This document shows, one piece after another, positions 1-11,607 of a stretch of 64,000 nucleotides of DNA. The position numbers and the translations under genes were made by a program. A model generated the notes under the pieces. That model saw only the letters and a list, made by a program, of their open reading frames with translations. It had not been told where the DNA came from and ran no database searches. Source of the DNA: an uncultured delta proteobacterium (GTDB taxonomy: Bacteria; Desulfobacterota; Binatia; JACPRU01); assembly GCA_963790365.1 (NCBI GenBank), contig CAWBOU010000001.1, forward strand, positions 772 to 64,771, in the 5' to 3' direction. Every line of letters begins with the position of its first letter. The first letter of the stretch is position 1.

Positions 1-465
1 CCGACTCCGGTATCGGGCGCGAAGCAGGTCTATCAGGAGGCGCTCGCCTCCCCGTGGATCAACGCCTCGTGGAGCGCCACGGTCGACTTCAACAGCGCGG
101 TCCGCGCGTTTGCCGGCACGCGGTCGATCCGCGTGGTCGAGACGGGCTGGGGCGCGCTCAGCGTGCACCACGGCTCGTGGGCGGCGACGCAGCCGCTCAG
201 TCCCGCGAGCTACGCCGCGGTCGATCTCGTCGTCTGGAGCGAGACCGCGAACTTCCGCCCGTACGTGCAGCTGCAGAACGACGCGCAGCAGGCGTTCCCG
301 AAGGTGCCGCTCACCACGGTGGCCGTCGGTTCCTGGGTGCGGATCAACGTGCCGATGAGCCAGCTGAACCCACAGAACCTCACGTTCGATCGCGTCTCGT
401 TCGGCAACTTCAACGGCACGAACGTGACGTTCTCGGTGGATGACTGGAAGCTGATTCCGCGCTGA
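1..465 (+). CDS. C-terminal part of a protein ending in a probable carbohydrate-binding (galactose-binding-like) module, 5' truncated
   Basis: Frame open from base 1 (PTPVSGAKQVYQEALASPWINASWS...VDDWKLIPR*); PT linker then a Trp-rich beta-sandwich-like domain. Confidence 0.6.
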   Translation, partial: PTPVSGAKQVYQEALASPWINASWSATVDFNSAVRAFAGTRSIRVVETGWGALSVHHGSWAATQPLSPASYAAVDLVVWSETANFRPYVQLQNDAQQAFPKVPLTTVAVGSWVRINVPMSQLNPQNLTFDRVSFGNFNGTNVTFSVDDWKLIPR

Positions 466-472
466 GGCGACC

Positions 473-1231
473 CTAGGCGGACGGCGGCTTCGGTCCGGCG
501 GTGATGCCGCCGTCGGCGACGACGATCGAGCCGCTGCAATACGTCCCTTCCGCGAGGAGGAAGTAGGCCAGGCGCGCGATCTCCTCGACGTCGCCGATCC
601 GCTCGGCGGGGATCACGTTGCCGGTGAGATGCTCCGTCGCCGCGCCGTAGTTCTCCTCGTACATGTCGGTGCGGAAGAACCCGGGGCAGAGCACGTTCAC
701 GCGAATGCCGTCGCGCGCGCATTCGAGCGACTGACCCTTCGCCATGCCGACGATCGCGTGCTTCGATGCCGCGTAGTGAGACGCCAAGGGGAACGTCATC
801 ACGCCGCTGATCGACGAGTTGTAGAGCACCGAGCCGCCCCCGCCGTACCGGCGCATGCTCTCGATTGCGAGCTTCGCGCAGTACCACTGCCCGACGACGT
901 TCACGGTGAGGAGCTTCTGCCAGCCTTCCCACGTCTGGTCGGACACCGTCTGCAGGCCGGGAAAGATCGCCGCGTTCGCGAAGAGGTAGTCGACCTTGCC
1001 GAATTTCTTTTCGACGGCCGTGAAGGACTCGTCGATCGTCCGCTTGTCCTCGACGTCGAGCGCGACCGCGAAGCCCTTGCGGCCGAGACGCTCGATCTCC
1101 TTCACGACGGCGTCGCCCTCCTCGCGGCGCGTGCGATACGTGATCGCGACGTCGTGCCCTCGTCGCGCGAACTCGAGCGCGGTCGCCCGCCCCATGCCGC
1201 GGCTGCCTCCGGTGATCAGGGCCGTGCCCAT
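473..1231 (-). CDS. SDR family oxidoreductase
   Basis: TGGSRGMG NAD(P)-binding motif, ANAA, YAASK catalytic motif. Confidence 0.95.
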   Translation of the reverse strand: MGTALITGGSRGMGRATALEFARRGHDVAITYRTRREEGDAVVKEIERLGRKGFAVALDVEDKRTIDESFTAVEKKFGKVDYLFANAAIFPGLQTVSDQTWEGWQKLLTVNVVGQWYCAKLAIESMRRYGGGGSVLYNSSISGVMTFPLASHYAASKHAIVGMAKGQSLECARDGIRVNVLCPGFFRTDMYEENYGAATEHLTGNVIPAERIGDVEEIARLAYFLLAEGTYCSGSIVVADGGITAGPKPPSA

Positions 1232-1301
1232 CGTGTGCTCCTCGCTTCGTGCGACGGTACCAATTACCGCAACTCTGGTACCGCGGATACGACGCCCGCT
1301 C

Positions 1302-1349
1302 TGACGCCGTCAAGAAAAAAGCCCGTCCGAGCTGTTGACGCCGCGTCAA
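1302..1349. promoter_or_regulatory. Two palindromic operator-like sites in the divergent promoter region
   Basis: TGACG-c-CGTCA (1302-1312) and TTGACGC-c-GCGTCAA (1335-1349). Confidence 0.35.
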
Positions 1350-1372
1350 GGACGCGAAAAAGGCACTCGCGG

Positions 1373-2227
1373 ATGCGGGGATCGGCAGGGGTCTGGTTGC
1401 TCACCGCGGCGCTCGGCGCCGCCGAGGCATCCGAGTCGGCGAGCGCCGAAGGTGATCCGCCGCCGCGACGCCTGACGGCTTCGTTCGCGACGATCTTCGC
1501 GACCGAATACGTCGCGCAAGGGATGGTCTTCGAGAAGAAAGGCGTGATCGCCCAGCCGATCGGGCGCGTGACGCTCTCCCTGATCGACGGGGTGTCCTTG
1601 TTCGCCGGCTTCTGGACGAGCTTCCAGAGCGCGCACACCGACGCCGGCTTCGTCGATCCGCCGGACACGCGGCCGCGCATGCGGAGCTTCTACGAGCTCG
1701 ACTGGTACGCGGGGGGCTCGCTGACGCACGGCCGCGTAGATCTCACTTCTTTTTACGCCGCGTATTACTCGCCGAGCGACGCCTACGAGACCGCGAACAG
1801 CCTCGACGTCATTCTTACTTTCCTCGATCGCGGCATCCTTGCCGAGAATCTCGCGCTCGACCCGTACGTCTATTATTTCCTCGAGACGAACGAGAAGTCG
1901 GGCACCGGCATCGACGAGGGCTGGTATCTTCAATTCGGCGCCAAGCCGTCTCACCCCTTCGCGATCGCCGGGCACGAGATGCTGCTCACGCTCCCGGTTT
2001 CGACGGGGTACGGGTTCGCGGATTTCTATGCGAACGACGAGCGTTACGGCTACGTCTCGATCGGCGTCGCACCGGTGATCCCGCTCGCACCGTGGATCCC
2101 GACGACCCTCGGCCGGTGGTCGTTCACGCCGAACGTCACGTTCGTCAACCTGAACGAGGACGCGCAGGTGTTGAACGCCGACGGGAATCGGTTCTACGCG
2201 ACCGCGACGATCGCGGTCGATTTTTGA
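1373..2227 (+). CDS. Putative outer-membrane beta-barrel protein (TorF-like porin)
   Basis: ATG at 1373, signal-peptide-like N-terminus, aromatic alternating strands (YELDWYAG), C-terminal Phe. Confidence 0.65.
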   Translation: MRGSAGVWLLTAALGAAEASESASAEGDPPPRRLTASFATIFATEYVAQGMVFEKKGVIAQPIGRVTLSLIDGVSLFAGFWTSFQSAHTDAGFVDPPDTRPRMRSFYELDWYAGGSLTHGRVDLTSFYAAYYSPSDAYETANSLDVILTFLDRGILAENLALDPYVYYFLETNEKSGTGIDEGWYLQFGAKPSHPFAIAGHEMLLTLPVSTGYGFADFYANDERYGYVSIGVAPVIPLAPWIPTTLGRWSFTPNVTFVNLNEDAQVLNADGNRFYATATIAVDF

Positions 2228-2237
2228 GTTCATGGTC

Positions 2238-2475
2238 GTCGAGGCTGGCGGGCGGGGCCTCGTCTTCGCGGAAGTAAAGCGCAGCCGAGCTCTACCTACG
2301 CCGGCAGCCGGGTGTCTGGCTCGCTGCATGGCTCGCCGCTGTTGTGAGCTGCTTCCTCCGAGCCCGAGTGCGCGGACTGCGCTTTACTTCCGCGAGCCAG
2401 ACACCCGGCTGCCGACTACGCACGCGCGACGGCGAGCCATGCAGCGAAGGCGAGGCCCCGCCCGCCAGCCTCGAC
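2238..2475. repeat. Composite element of four crossing inverted-repeat pairs (four-way-junction layout)
   Basis: 2238-2269 pairs 2444-2475 (31/32); 2266-2284 pairs 2377-2395 (19/19); 2302-2324 pairs 2392-2414 (23/23); 2321-2338 pairs 2430-2447 (18/18). Confidence 0.9.
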
Positions 2476-2479
2476 CCCG

Positions 2480-3346
2480 CTACTTCCGCGGCGACGCCTC
2501 GTCGCCCTCGGGAATCGCGTCGCCGGAATCCCGCCAGCGCACGGCCTCGTGGAAGCCTTTCTCCTCGGCGAGGCGCTTGAACCACATCCCCTCCGGCGAG
2601 TGGCGCGTGATGCCGTCGAAGATCGTCGCGAACATCTGCGTCGTCGCGAGCCCCATGTTCTCGTAGACCTGATTGATCATCAGCTTCTGCATCATGAGCT
2701 GGTTCTTCGGCACGCCGGCCATGCGCTTCGCGAGCGCGTCGACGGCGGCGTCGAGCTCGCTCGGCGGCACGGCGTCGTAGACGAGCCCCATGGCCTTCGC
2801 GGTCCGCCCGTCGACGAGGTCGCCCGTGAGGAGCATCCGCTTCGCCTTCTCGGCGCCGAGCCGGAAGACCCACATCGCCGTCGTCGGACAGCCCCAGACG
2901 CGCGCGGGCGGGTAGCCGATCTTCGCGGTCTCCTCCATCACCACGATGTCGCAGCAGAGCGCGATGTCGCTGCCGCCGGCGACCGCGTAGCCCTGGATGC
3001 GGCAGATCGTCGGCTTGTAGGATCGCCAGAGCGAGAAGAAGTCGTCCGTGTTCTGCTTCATCATCCGGTAGTCGATCATCGGGTCCCAAGGATTCGTTTG
3101 CTTCGACGCCACCGACTGTCCCCCGGGGCGCTCGGCGAAGCGCTTCAAGTCGTAGCCGGCACAGAACGCCCGGCCCGCGCCTTGGAGAACGATCACGTGC
3201 ACGTCGTCGTCGGCGTTCGCTTCCTCGACGGCGAGGCGGATCTCGCGCGGCATCCGCTCGTCGATCGCGTTCAACCGTTCCGGCCGGTTCAGCGTGATTC
3301 TGGCGATTCGGTCGTTTGTTTCGTATCGCAGGGATTCGAACGTCAT
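2480..3346 (-). CDS. Crotonase/enoyl-CoA hydratase family protein
   Basis: [37 protein letters not shown]; ATG at 3346 preceded by GGAGGA. Confidence 0.93.
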   Translation of the reverse strand: MTFESLRYETNDRIARITLNRPERLNAIDERMPREIRLAVEEANADDDVHVIVLQGAGRAFCAGYDLKRFAERPGGQSVASKQTNPWDPMIDYRMMKQNTDDFFSLWRSYKPTICRIQGYAVAGGSDIALCCDIVVMEETAKIGYPPARVWGCPTTAMWVFRLGAEKAKRMLLTGDLVDGRTAKAMGLVYDAVPPSELDAAVDALAKRMAGVPKNQLMMQKLMINQVYENMGLATTQMFATIFDGITRHSPEGMWFKRLAEEKGFHEAVRWRDSGDAIPEGDEASPRK

Positions 3347-3453
3347 GAGGTTTCCTCCGGGAATAAAGATCGGTTGTAGAGCGTAGATAACATGGAGGAG
3401 GTGAAGCGTGTGGGTGGATAGGCGCCGTCGGGCACGGTTCGAGACCGAGCTGC

Positions 3454-3969
3454 GTGCCTCACCTCGCGGCGCTCCATCGCTTCGCCTGCGCACTCGGCGC
3501 CGCCGCTCGAGCGGAAGACCTCGTGCAAGCCACCTGCGCCCGCGCCCTCGAGCGCTTCGACGCCTATCGCGTGGACCGGAACCTCCGCGCCTGGCTGTTC
3601 ACGATCCTCCGGAACGAGAACGTCTCCGGCTACCGGCGCCTCCGCCGCGAGCAGGATGCGGAGGGACGCCTCGCCGAGCTGCCGATCGCGGCGGTCGAGC
3701 CGAGCCTCGAGACGCTTCTGGTCGAGCGGCGCTGGTCGGAGGAGATCCGCACCGCGCTCACCGCGCTGCCGGAGAGCTACCGGAGCCCCGTCTACCTGAA
3801 GGACGTCGAGGGCTTCGGCTATCGCGAAATCGCCGCGATCGTCGGCTGTCCGCTCGGCACGGTGATGTCGCGGCTCGCACGCGGGCGGAGCATCCTCCGC
3901 GCCGTGCTCCAGCACCAGGCGCTCGAGCGCGGCCTCGTCCGTCCGGAACGCCTGCGGGAGTCCGTGTGA
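3454..3969 (+). CDS. ECF RNA polymerase sigma-70 factor
   Basis: [38 protein letters not shown]; true start may be near 3414 via a 1-nt indel. Confidence 0.92.
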   Translation: MPHLAALHRFACALGAAARAEDLVQATCARALERFDAYRVDRNLRAWLFTILRNENVSGYRRLRREQDAEGRLAELPIAAVEPSLETLLVERRWSEEIRTALTALPESYRSPVYLKDVEGFGYREIAAIVGCPLGTVMSRLARGRSILRAVLQHQALERGLVRPERLRESV

Positions 3970-4769
3970 GCGCTTGCCGCGCGATGCGCCTCCGCGTCGC
4001 AGCGTACGCCGACGACGAGCTCGACGTCGCGTCGGCGGCCGAGGTCGAGAGTCACCTCGCTGCCTGCGCGACTTGCCGTGAGGCGGTCGAGGCGCAACGC
4101 GCGCTCACGGCGGCGGTGCGCGAGCTCTATCCGCAGCCAGCCGTGCCCGACGATGCGGTGGAGCGGACCCGCATCGCGCTCTTCGGGCGCTCGATCGTGC
4201 CGCGCGCGCTCGTCGGCTTGGGCGTAGCCGCCTCGCTCGCTCTGATCGCGCTCCTGTCGGCGCTCCGGGGCTCGGTGCCCGCGACGCCCGCGAGCGTGCT
4301 CGAGGCCGCCCGCGCTCACGAGCGCGCCGACGCCGGCGAGCTCGCGCTCGAGATCCGCACGGAAGACGTGGGCGCCGTCGACGCGTGGTTGCGCGCCTCC
4401 CTGCCCTTCGCCGCGAGCCTTCCCGACGCACCCGCGGAGGCGATTCGCGTCGCCGGCGCGGCGCACGTCGCGATCGGCGGCGAGCGCGCGGGGCTCGTGC
4501 GCTATCGCGTCGGCGAGCGCTTCGCGTCCCTCTTCTTGCTCGCGCGCCCGAGCTGGGCCGAGCGCGGCCGCGCCGTCACTCTCCGCGGGATCGAGTTCCG
4601 CGTCTTCGAAGTCGACGGCCTCTCCCTCGTTGCGTGGAGCCATCCCCCGCTCTCCTATCTTCTGGTCTCGGATGTGGCCGCTCCTCTGGGAGAATCGTGC
4701 GGCGTATGCCATGGAAGCGGCCGACGGCCGGTGACCGACTTCGCGACCGCGCTCGCCGGGAGCGCCTGA
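3966..4769 (+). CDS. Membrane anti-sigma factor (zf-HC2/ZAS) with C-terminal CxxCH motif
   Basis: GTGA overlap with the sigma stop; HLAACATC (HxxxCxxC), one TM helix, CGVCH at 4698-4712. Confidence 0.85.
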   Translation: MSACRAMRLRVAAYADDELDVASAAEVESHLAACATCREAVEAQRALTAAVRELYPQPAVPDDAVERTRIALFGRSIVPRALVGLGVAASLALIALLSALRGSVPATPASVLEAARAHERADAGELALEIRTEDVGAVDAWLRASLPFAASLPDAPAEAIRVAGAAHVAIGGERAGLVRYRVGERFASLFLLARPSWAERGRAVTLRGIEFRVFEVDGLSLVAWSHPPLSYLLVSDVAAPLGESCGVCHGSGRRPVTDFATALAGSA

Positions 4770-4788
4770 CGGACGGGAGGAACCGACG

Positions 4789-7287
<2,499 letters not shown>

Positions 7288-7294
7288 GGAGAGG

Positions 7295-7996
<702 letters not shown>

Positions 7997-8058
7997 CGCA
8001 CGCGACACACGCGACACATGCGTTCGCCCATGGGGTTTCCTCCTGAGAGGAGAAACTC

Positions 8059-8520
8059 ATGAGCGAAGTCATCAAAACCGTGGACGTCCAATGCCCCGTG
8101 CGGACCGTCTACAATCAGTACACGCAATTCGAGGAATTTCCCCGATTCATGTCGGGCGTGAAGGAAGTGAAGCAGTTTGGCGATCAGATGCTGCACTGGA
8201 AGATCGAGATCGGCGGCGTGGAACGCGAGTTCGACGCGAAGATCACCGAGCAAATCCCGGACAAGCGGATCGCCTGGAAGAGCGTGGACGGCGAGACTCA
8301 CGCCGGCGTCGCCACGTTCCATCGGCTGAGCGACGACTCGTCCCGAATCACGCTGCAGATGTCGTACGATCCGAAGGGCTTCACCGAGAACGCCGCGGAT
8401 TTCCTCGGCGTGATCGGCTCACGCCTCCAGGGCGACCTCGATCGCTTCAAGGAGCACATCGAGAGCCGCGGTCAGGAATCCGGCGCGTGGCGCGGCGAGA
8501 TCGAAACGCCGGGCAACTAG
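8059..8520 (+). CDS. SRPBCC (cyclase/dehydrase) family protein
   Basis: PVRTVYNQYTQFEEFPRFM, RIAWKS, GAWRGEI. Confidence 0.92.
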   Translation: MSEVIKTVDVQCPVRTVYNQYTQFEEFPRFMSGVKEVKQFGDQMLHWKIEIGGVEREFDAKITEQIPDKRIAWKSVDGETHAGVATFHRLSDDSSRITLQMSYDPKGFTENAADFLGVIGSRLQGDLDRFKEHIESRGQESGAWRGEIETPGN

Positions 8521-8544
8521 AAACGTAGCCACTGAAGACACCGA

Positions 8545-8569
8545 CGGCGGCGCCTCAATGGCGCCGCCG
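8545..8569. terminator. GC hairpin between convergent genes
   Basis: CGGCGGCGCC-tcaat-GGCGCCGCCG. Confidence 0.5.
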
Positions 8570-8580
8570 GAACGCGGCCA

Positions 8581-9099
8581 TCAGCCAGACCCGAGCCACC
8601 GTCTGCGCGCAAACATTCGCTGCACGAAGCTCTCGCAGAGGCGCGCCTCATGGAGCCTCGCCTCGTCTTCCATCGGGAGGGTCGGCAGCGCTTCCATGAG
8701 CGCGCGTGCGAAAAGGCCGACGCCTCGCCGACTCGTCCCCTCGACAGGCACGCCCTCCATCCCGCAGCTCGGGGAGTCCTTCTTCAGCACGTAACCGTCG
8801 AGCTCGAGGCGAGCGAGGGCTGCCGTGCGAGCCTTGGCGAAGCGAACCATCCGTTCGGTGTGATCGACGCGGGAGCGCGGATCGACCAGCCTCGGCGCAT
8901 CGGGGTCGCCTTCGAGCCGAATCGGCGGGCGCGGCACGCCGAGACCGATCTCCACTTCGGGACAAACCGGCACCCACTCCACGGAGGGACCCAGCACGTC
9001 CGTGAGGAACCGGTCGCGCTTGTGACCGCCGTCGTAGCGAACCTCTTGCCCGAGCAGGCAGGCGCTCACGCCCACCCGGAGCTTCCGCTCGCCGTCCAT
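8581..9099 (-). CDS. DUF523 / 2-thiouracil desulfurase family protein
   Basis: VSACLLG, VRYDG, VCPEV, KKDSPSCG. Confidence 0.9.
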   Translation of the reverse strand: MDGERKLRVGVSACLLGQEVRYDGGHKRDRFLTDVLGPSVEWVPVCPEVEIGLGVPRPPIRLEGDPDAPRLVDPRSRVDHTERMVRFAKARTAALARLELDGYVLKKDSPSCGMEGVPVEGTSRRGVGLFARALMEALPTLPMEDEARLHEARLCESFVQRMFARRRWLGSG

Positions 9100-9120
9100 C
9101 GCGTCGACCGCGGCGGCGAG

Positions 9121-10341
9121 CTAGGCGACGGCGCGGGCTTCCCGGCGGGGTGCGCGGCTCGCGCAGCGCACGGCCGCGGTGCCGATCTGCGCGATCCGGA
9201 GGTCGCCGAGCGGCGTTCCACCCGCGCGATTGTTCACGAAGCCGAGTGCGAGCCGACGCTTCGGATCGGCCCAGCCGCCCGAGCCGCCGAAACCGAAATG
9301 CCCAAACCCGCCGCGGATGACGCCGCGACTCGTGAACGCGCCGTGATAGCCCAGCCGCCAACCAGGCCGGAATAGGATCACGCGATCGCGCTGGCGCGTC
9401 TGGATCGTCGTCGCGCGCCGCACCGTCTCGGCCGAGAGGAACCGGACGCCGTCGAGCGTGCCGCCGTCGCCGAGCGCGGCATACATCCGCGCGAGGGAGC
9501 GGGCGGTGAAAAGGCCGTTCGCCGCGGGAATCGCGCACGCGAGGATCTCGGGATGCGTGAAGAAGACGTCGCCGCCGGCCTCCGGGATCAGCGCATCTCG
9601 GAGATACGAGAGGTCGATCGGGAAGCCGACGAGTCGGCTCACGAGGCGAAGCGCACGCGCCGGGGCGCGGAGGACCTCGACCCGCGCGAACATCGCGCCC
9701 GGGCGCCCGAGCACCGCCGCCATCGCGCAGGCCTCGGCCGGGGCGCCGACGTGCAGCCCCTCGATGCCGAGCGGCGCGGCGACGGCTTCCTGGATGAACT
9801 TCGAGAAGGGCTGGCCGCTCACACGGCGGATGATCTCGCCAACGAGCCAGCCGTACGTGAGGCCGTGATACGCCGGGAATGCACCGGGCGGATACGCGGG
9901 GCGCGCGCGCTCGAGCGCGCGGGTCATGTACTCCCAGTCGAGCATCCGTTCGCCGTGATCGATGAGCGGGCGAAGCTGATGCAGGCCGGCGCGGTGGCTC
10001 AGCACGTGCGCGACGGTGATGCCTTCCTTGCCGTTCTGCGCGAACTCAGGCCAGTGATTCGCGACGGGATCGTCGTAGTCGACGAGCCCGCGGTCGACGA
10101 GCACGTGGAGCGCGGTCGCGGTCACGCCTTTCGTCGTCGAGAACGACATCGCTGCGGTCTGCGCTTCCCACGGTAAGCCGGGCGCTCGCGAGCCGGACCA
10201 CACGTCGACGACCGGCTGACCTTCGAAGTACACGCACGCCGCGGCGCCGCCGCCCGCACGGTTGACCTGACGCTCGAGCGTCGTCGCGACCTCTTCCCAG
10301 CCGCGCTCGACGTGGCCATCGGTCGGAAATCGCCTACTCAC
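9121..10341 (-). CDS. Serine hydrolase (beta-lactamase-related esterase)
   Basis: FSTTKG (SxxK), LSHRAG, AYHG, FGHFGFGGS; GTG start overlaps the YihY stop. Confidence 0.9.
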   Translation of the reverse strand: MSRRFPTDGHVERGWEEVATTLERQVNRAGGGAAACVYFEGQPVVDVWSGSRAPGLPWEAQTAAMSFSTTKGVTATALHVLVDRGLVDYDDPVANHWPEFAQNGKEGITVAHVLSHRAGLHQLRPLIDHGERMLDWEYMTRALERARPAYPPGAFPAYHGLTYGWLVGEIIRRVSGQPFSKFIQEAVAAPLGIEGLHVGAPAEACAMAAVLGRPGAMFARVEVLRAPARALRLVSRLVGFPIDLSYLRDALIPEAGGDVFFTHPEILACAIPAANGLFTARSLARMYAALGDGGTLDGVRFLSAETVRRATTIQTRQRDRVILFRPGWRLGYHGAFTSRGVIRGGFGHFGFGGSGGWADPKRRLALGFVNNRAGGTPLGDLRIAQIGTAAVRCASRAPRREARAVA

Positions 10342-11234
10342 GTCGTCGACTCTACCACGCGGCGCGGAGGCTCCGCGACGGCCGGTTCCGAGGTGCGCGA
10401 GCCGCAACGATGCGCGAACACGTAGGTCAGCTCCGAGCCGAAGAAGAAGATCGTGGACGAGTAGTAGACCCAGACGAGCAGTACGACGACCGAGCCGGCC
10501 GCGCCGAACGTCGACGCGGCGCCGCTCTGACCGAGGTAGAGACCGATCAGCGTCTTGCCGGCCGTGAAGAGGATCGCGGTGGCGAACCCGCCGACCCAGA
10601 CGTCGCCCCACGGGATGTCGCTGTCCGGCAGCAGCTTGAACATCGTCGCGAACAGGATCGCGATGACGGTCAGCGAGATGAAGAGCTCGGCGATCTGCAG
10701 GAGCGCCGGGTGGAGCGGCAACCATCCGCTGACGTACGTCCACATCGCGACGAGGATCGCGTTCACGAGCAGCGAGGCGAGAAGCACGAAACCGACTGCG
10801 ATGACCATCGCGAACGAAAGCAGCCGATCGCGCACGAGCGAGAAGAGCCCGCTAGACGCGGGCGTCTGCACGCGCCAGATGAAGTTCAAGTCGGAACGAA
10901 GCTCGGCGAAGACTCCGGTAGCGCCGAGGATCATCGTCGCGATGCCGAGCAGCAGCCCGACGAAATTGCCGGGCGTCGGCCGCGCGCCCTTCACCATCGC
11001 CTGCACGACGTCCGCCCCTTCCCGACCGATCAAGCCCTGAAGCTGGTCGTCGATCTGGCCGTGCACGGCTTCGTCGCCGAAGACGAAGCCGGCGAGCGCG
11101 GTGACGATCACGAGAACCGGAGCCAGCGAGAACAGGGTGTAATAGGCGAGCGCGGCGGAGAGACGAATCGCGTTGTCTTCGTTCCAGCGGGAGGCCGCCG
11201 CCCCGGCCATTTCGCCGAGCTCACGCAGGGTCAT
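10338..11234 (-). CDS. YihY/virulence factor BrkB family membrane protein
   Basis: SAALAYYTLFSLAP, FGAAGSVVVLLVWVYYS. Confidence 0.95.
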   Translation of the reverse strand: MTLRELGEMAGAAASRWNEDNAIRLSAALAYYTLFSLAPVLVIVTALAGFVFGDEAVHGQIDDQLQGLIGREGADVVQAMVKGARPTPGNFVGLLLGIATMILGATGVFAELRSDLNFIWRVQTPASSGLFSLVRDRLLSFAMVIAVGFVLLASLLVNAILVAMWTYVSGWLPLHPALLQIAELFISLTVIAILFATMFKLLPDSDIPWGDVWVGGFATAILFTAGKTLIGLYLGQSGAASTFGAAGSVVVLLVWVYYSSTIFFFGSELTYVFAHRCGSRTSEPAVAEPPRRVVESTT

Positions 11235-11300
11235 GCCCTCGGAAACCCCGGCGAGGGTTTCGGTGACGGAACCTCACCGGGGGGCCGTGGTTCTTCATAC

Positions 11301-11477
11301 ATGACTACGACGCAAACCCTCGCCCTTCCCCTTCTTCTCGGTGGGATTCTCGGCTTCGTCGCCGTGCTCGCGGCTCGCCGGCGGGCACCGACCGCGCCGA
11401 TCCCCGGCTGGGGCGGTCCGGACGCCTCGAATCCGCGGCGCAACGCCCCCACGGACGCGGGCCGTTCGCAAATGTAG
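11301..11477 (+). CDS. Possible small single-TM protein
   Basis: ATG followed by a hydrophobic stretch (LALPLLLGGILGFVAVLAA); no other support. Confidence 0.3.
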   Translation: MTTTQTLALPLLLGGILGFVAVLAARRRAPTAPIPGWGGPDASNPRRNAPTDAGRSQM

Positions 11478-11607
11478 CGCGACCGCTTTTTCGTCGGCCC
11501 GGGTTCGACTCGGGGCGGACGTGTGGGCAACGCCCCGTCCGCGACTGTGGACGCGGGGGTCATGATCGAACATAAGGCGGAGCCGAGAGCCTGAGCGGGA
11601 GGGTGCT

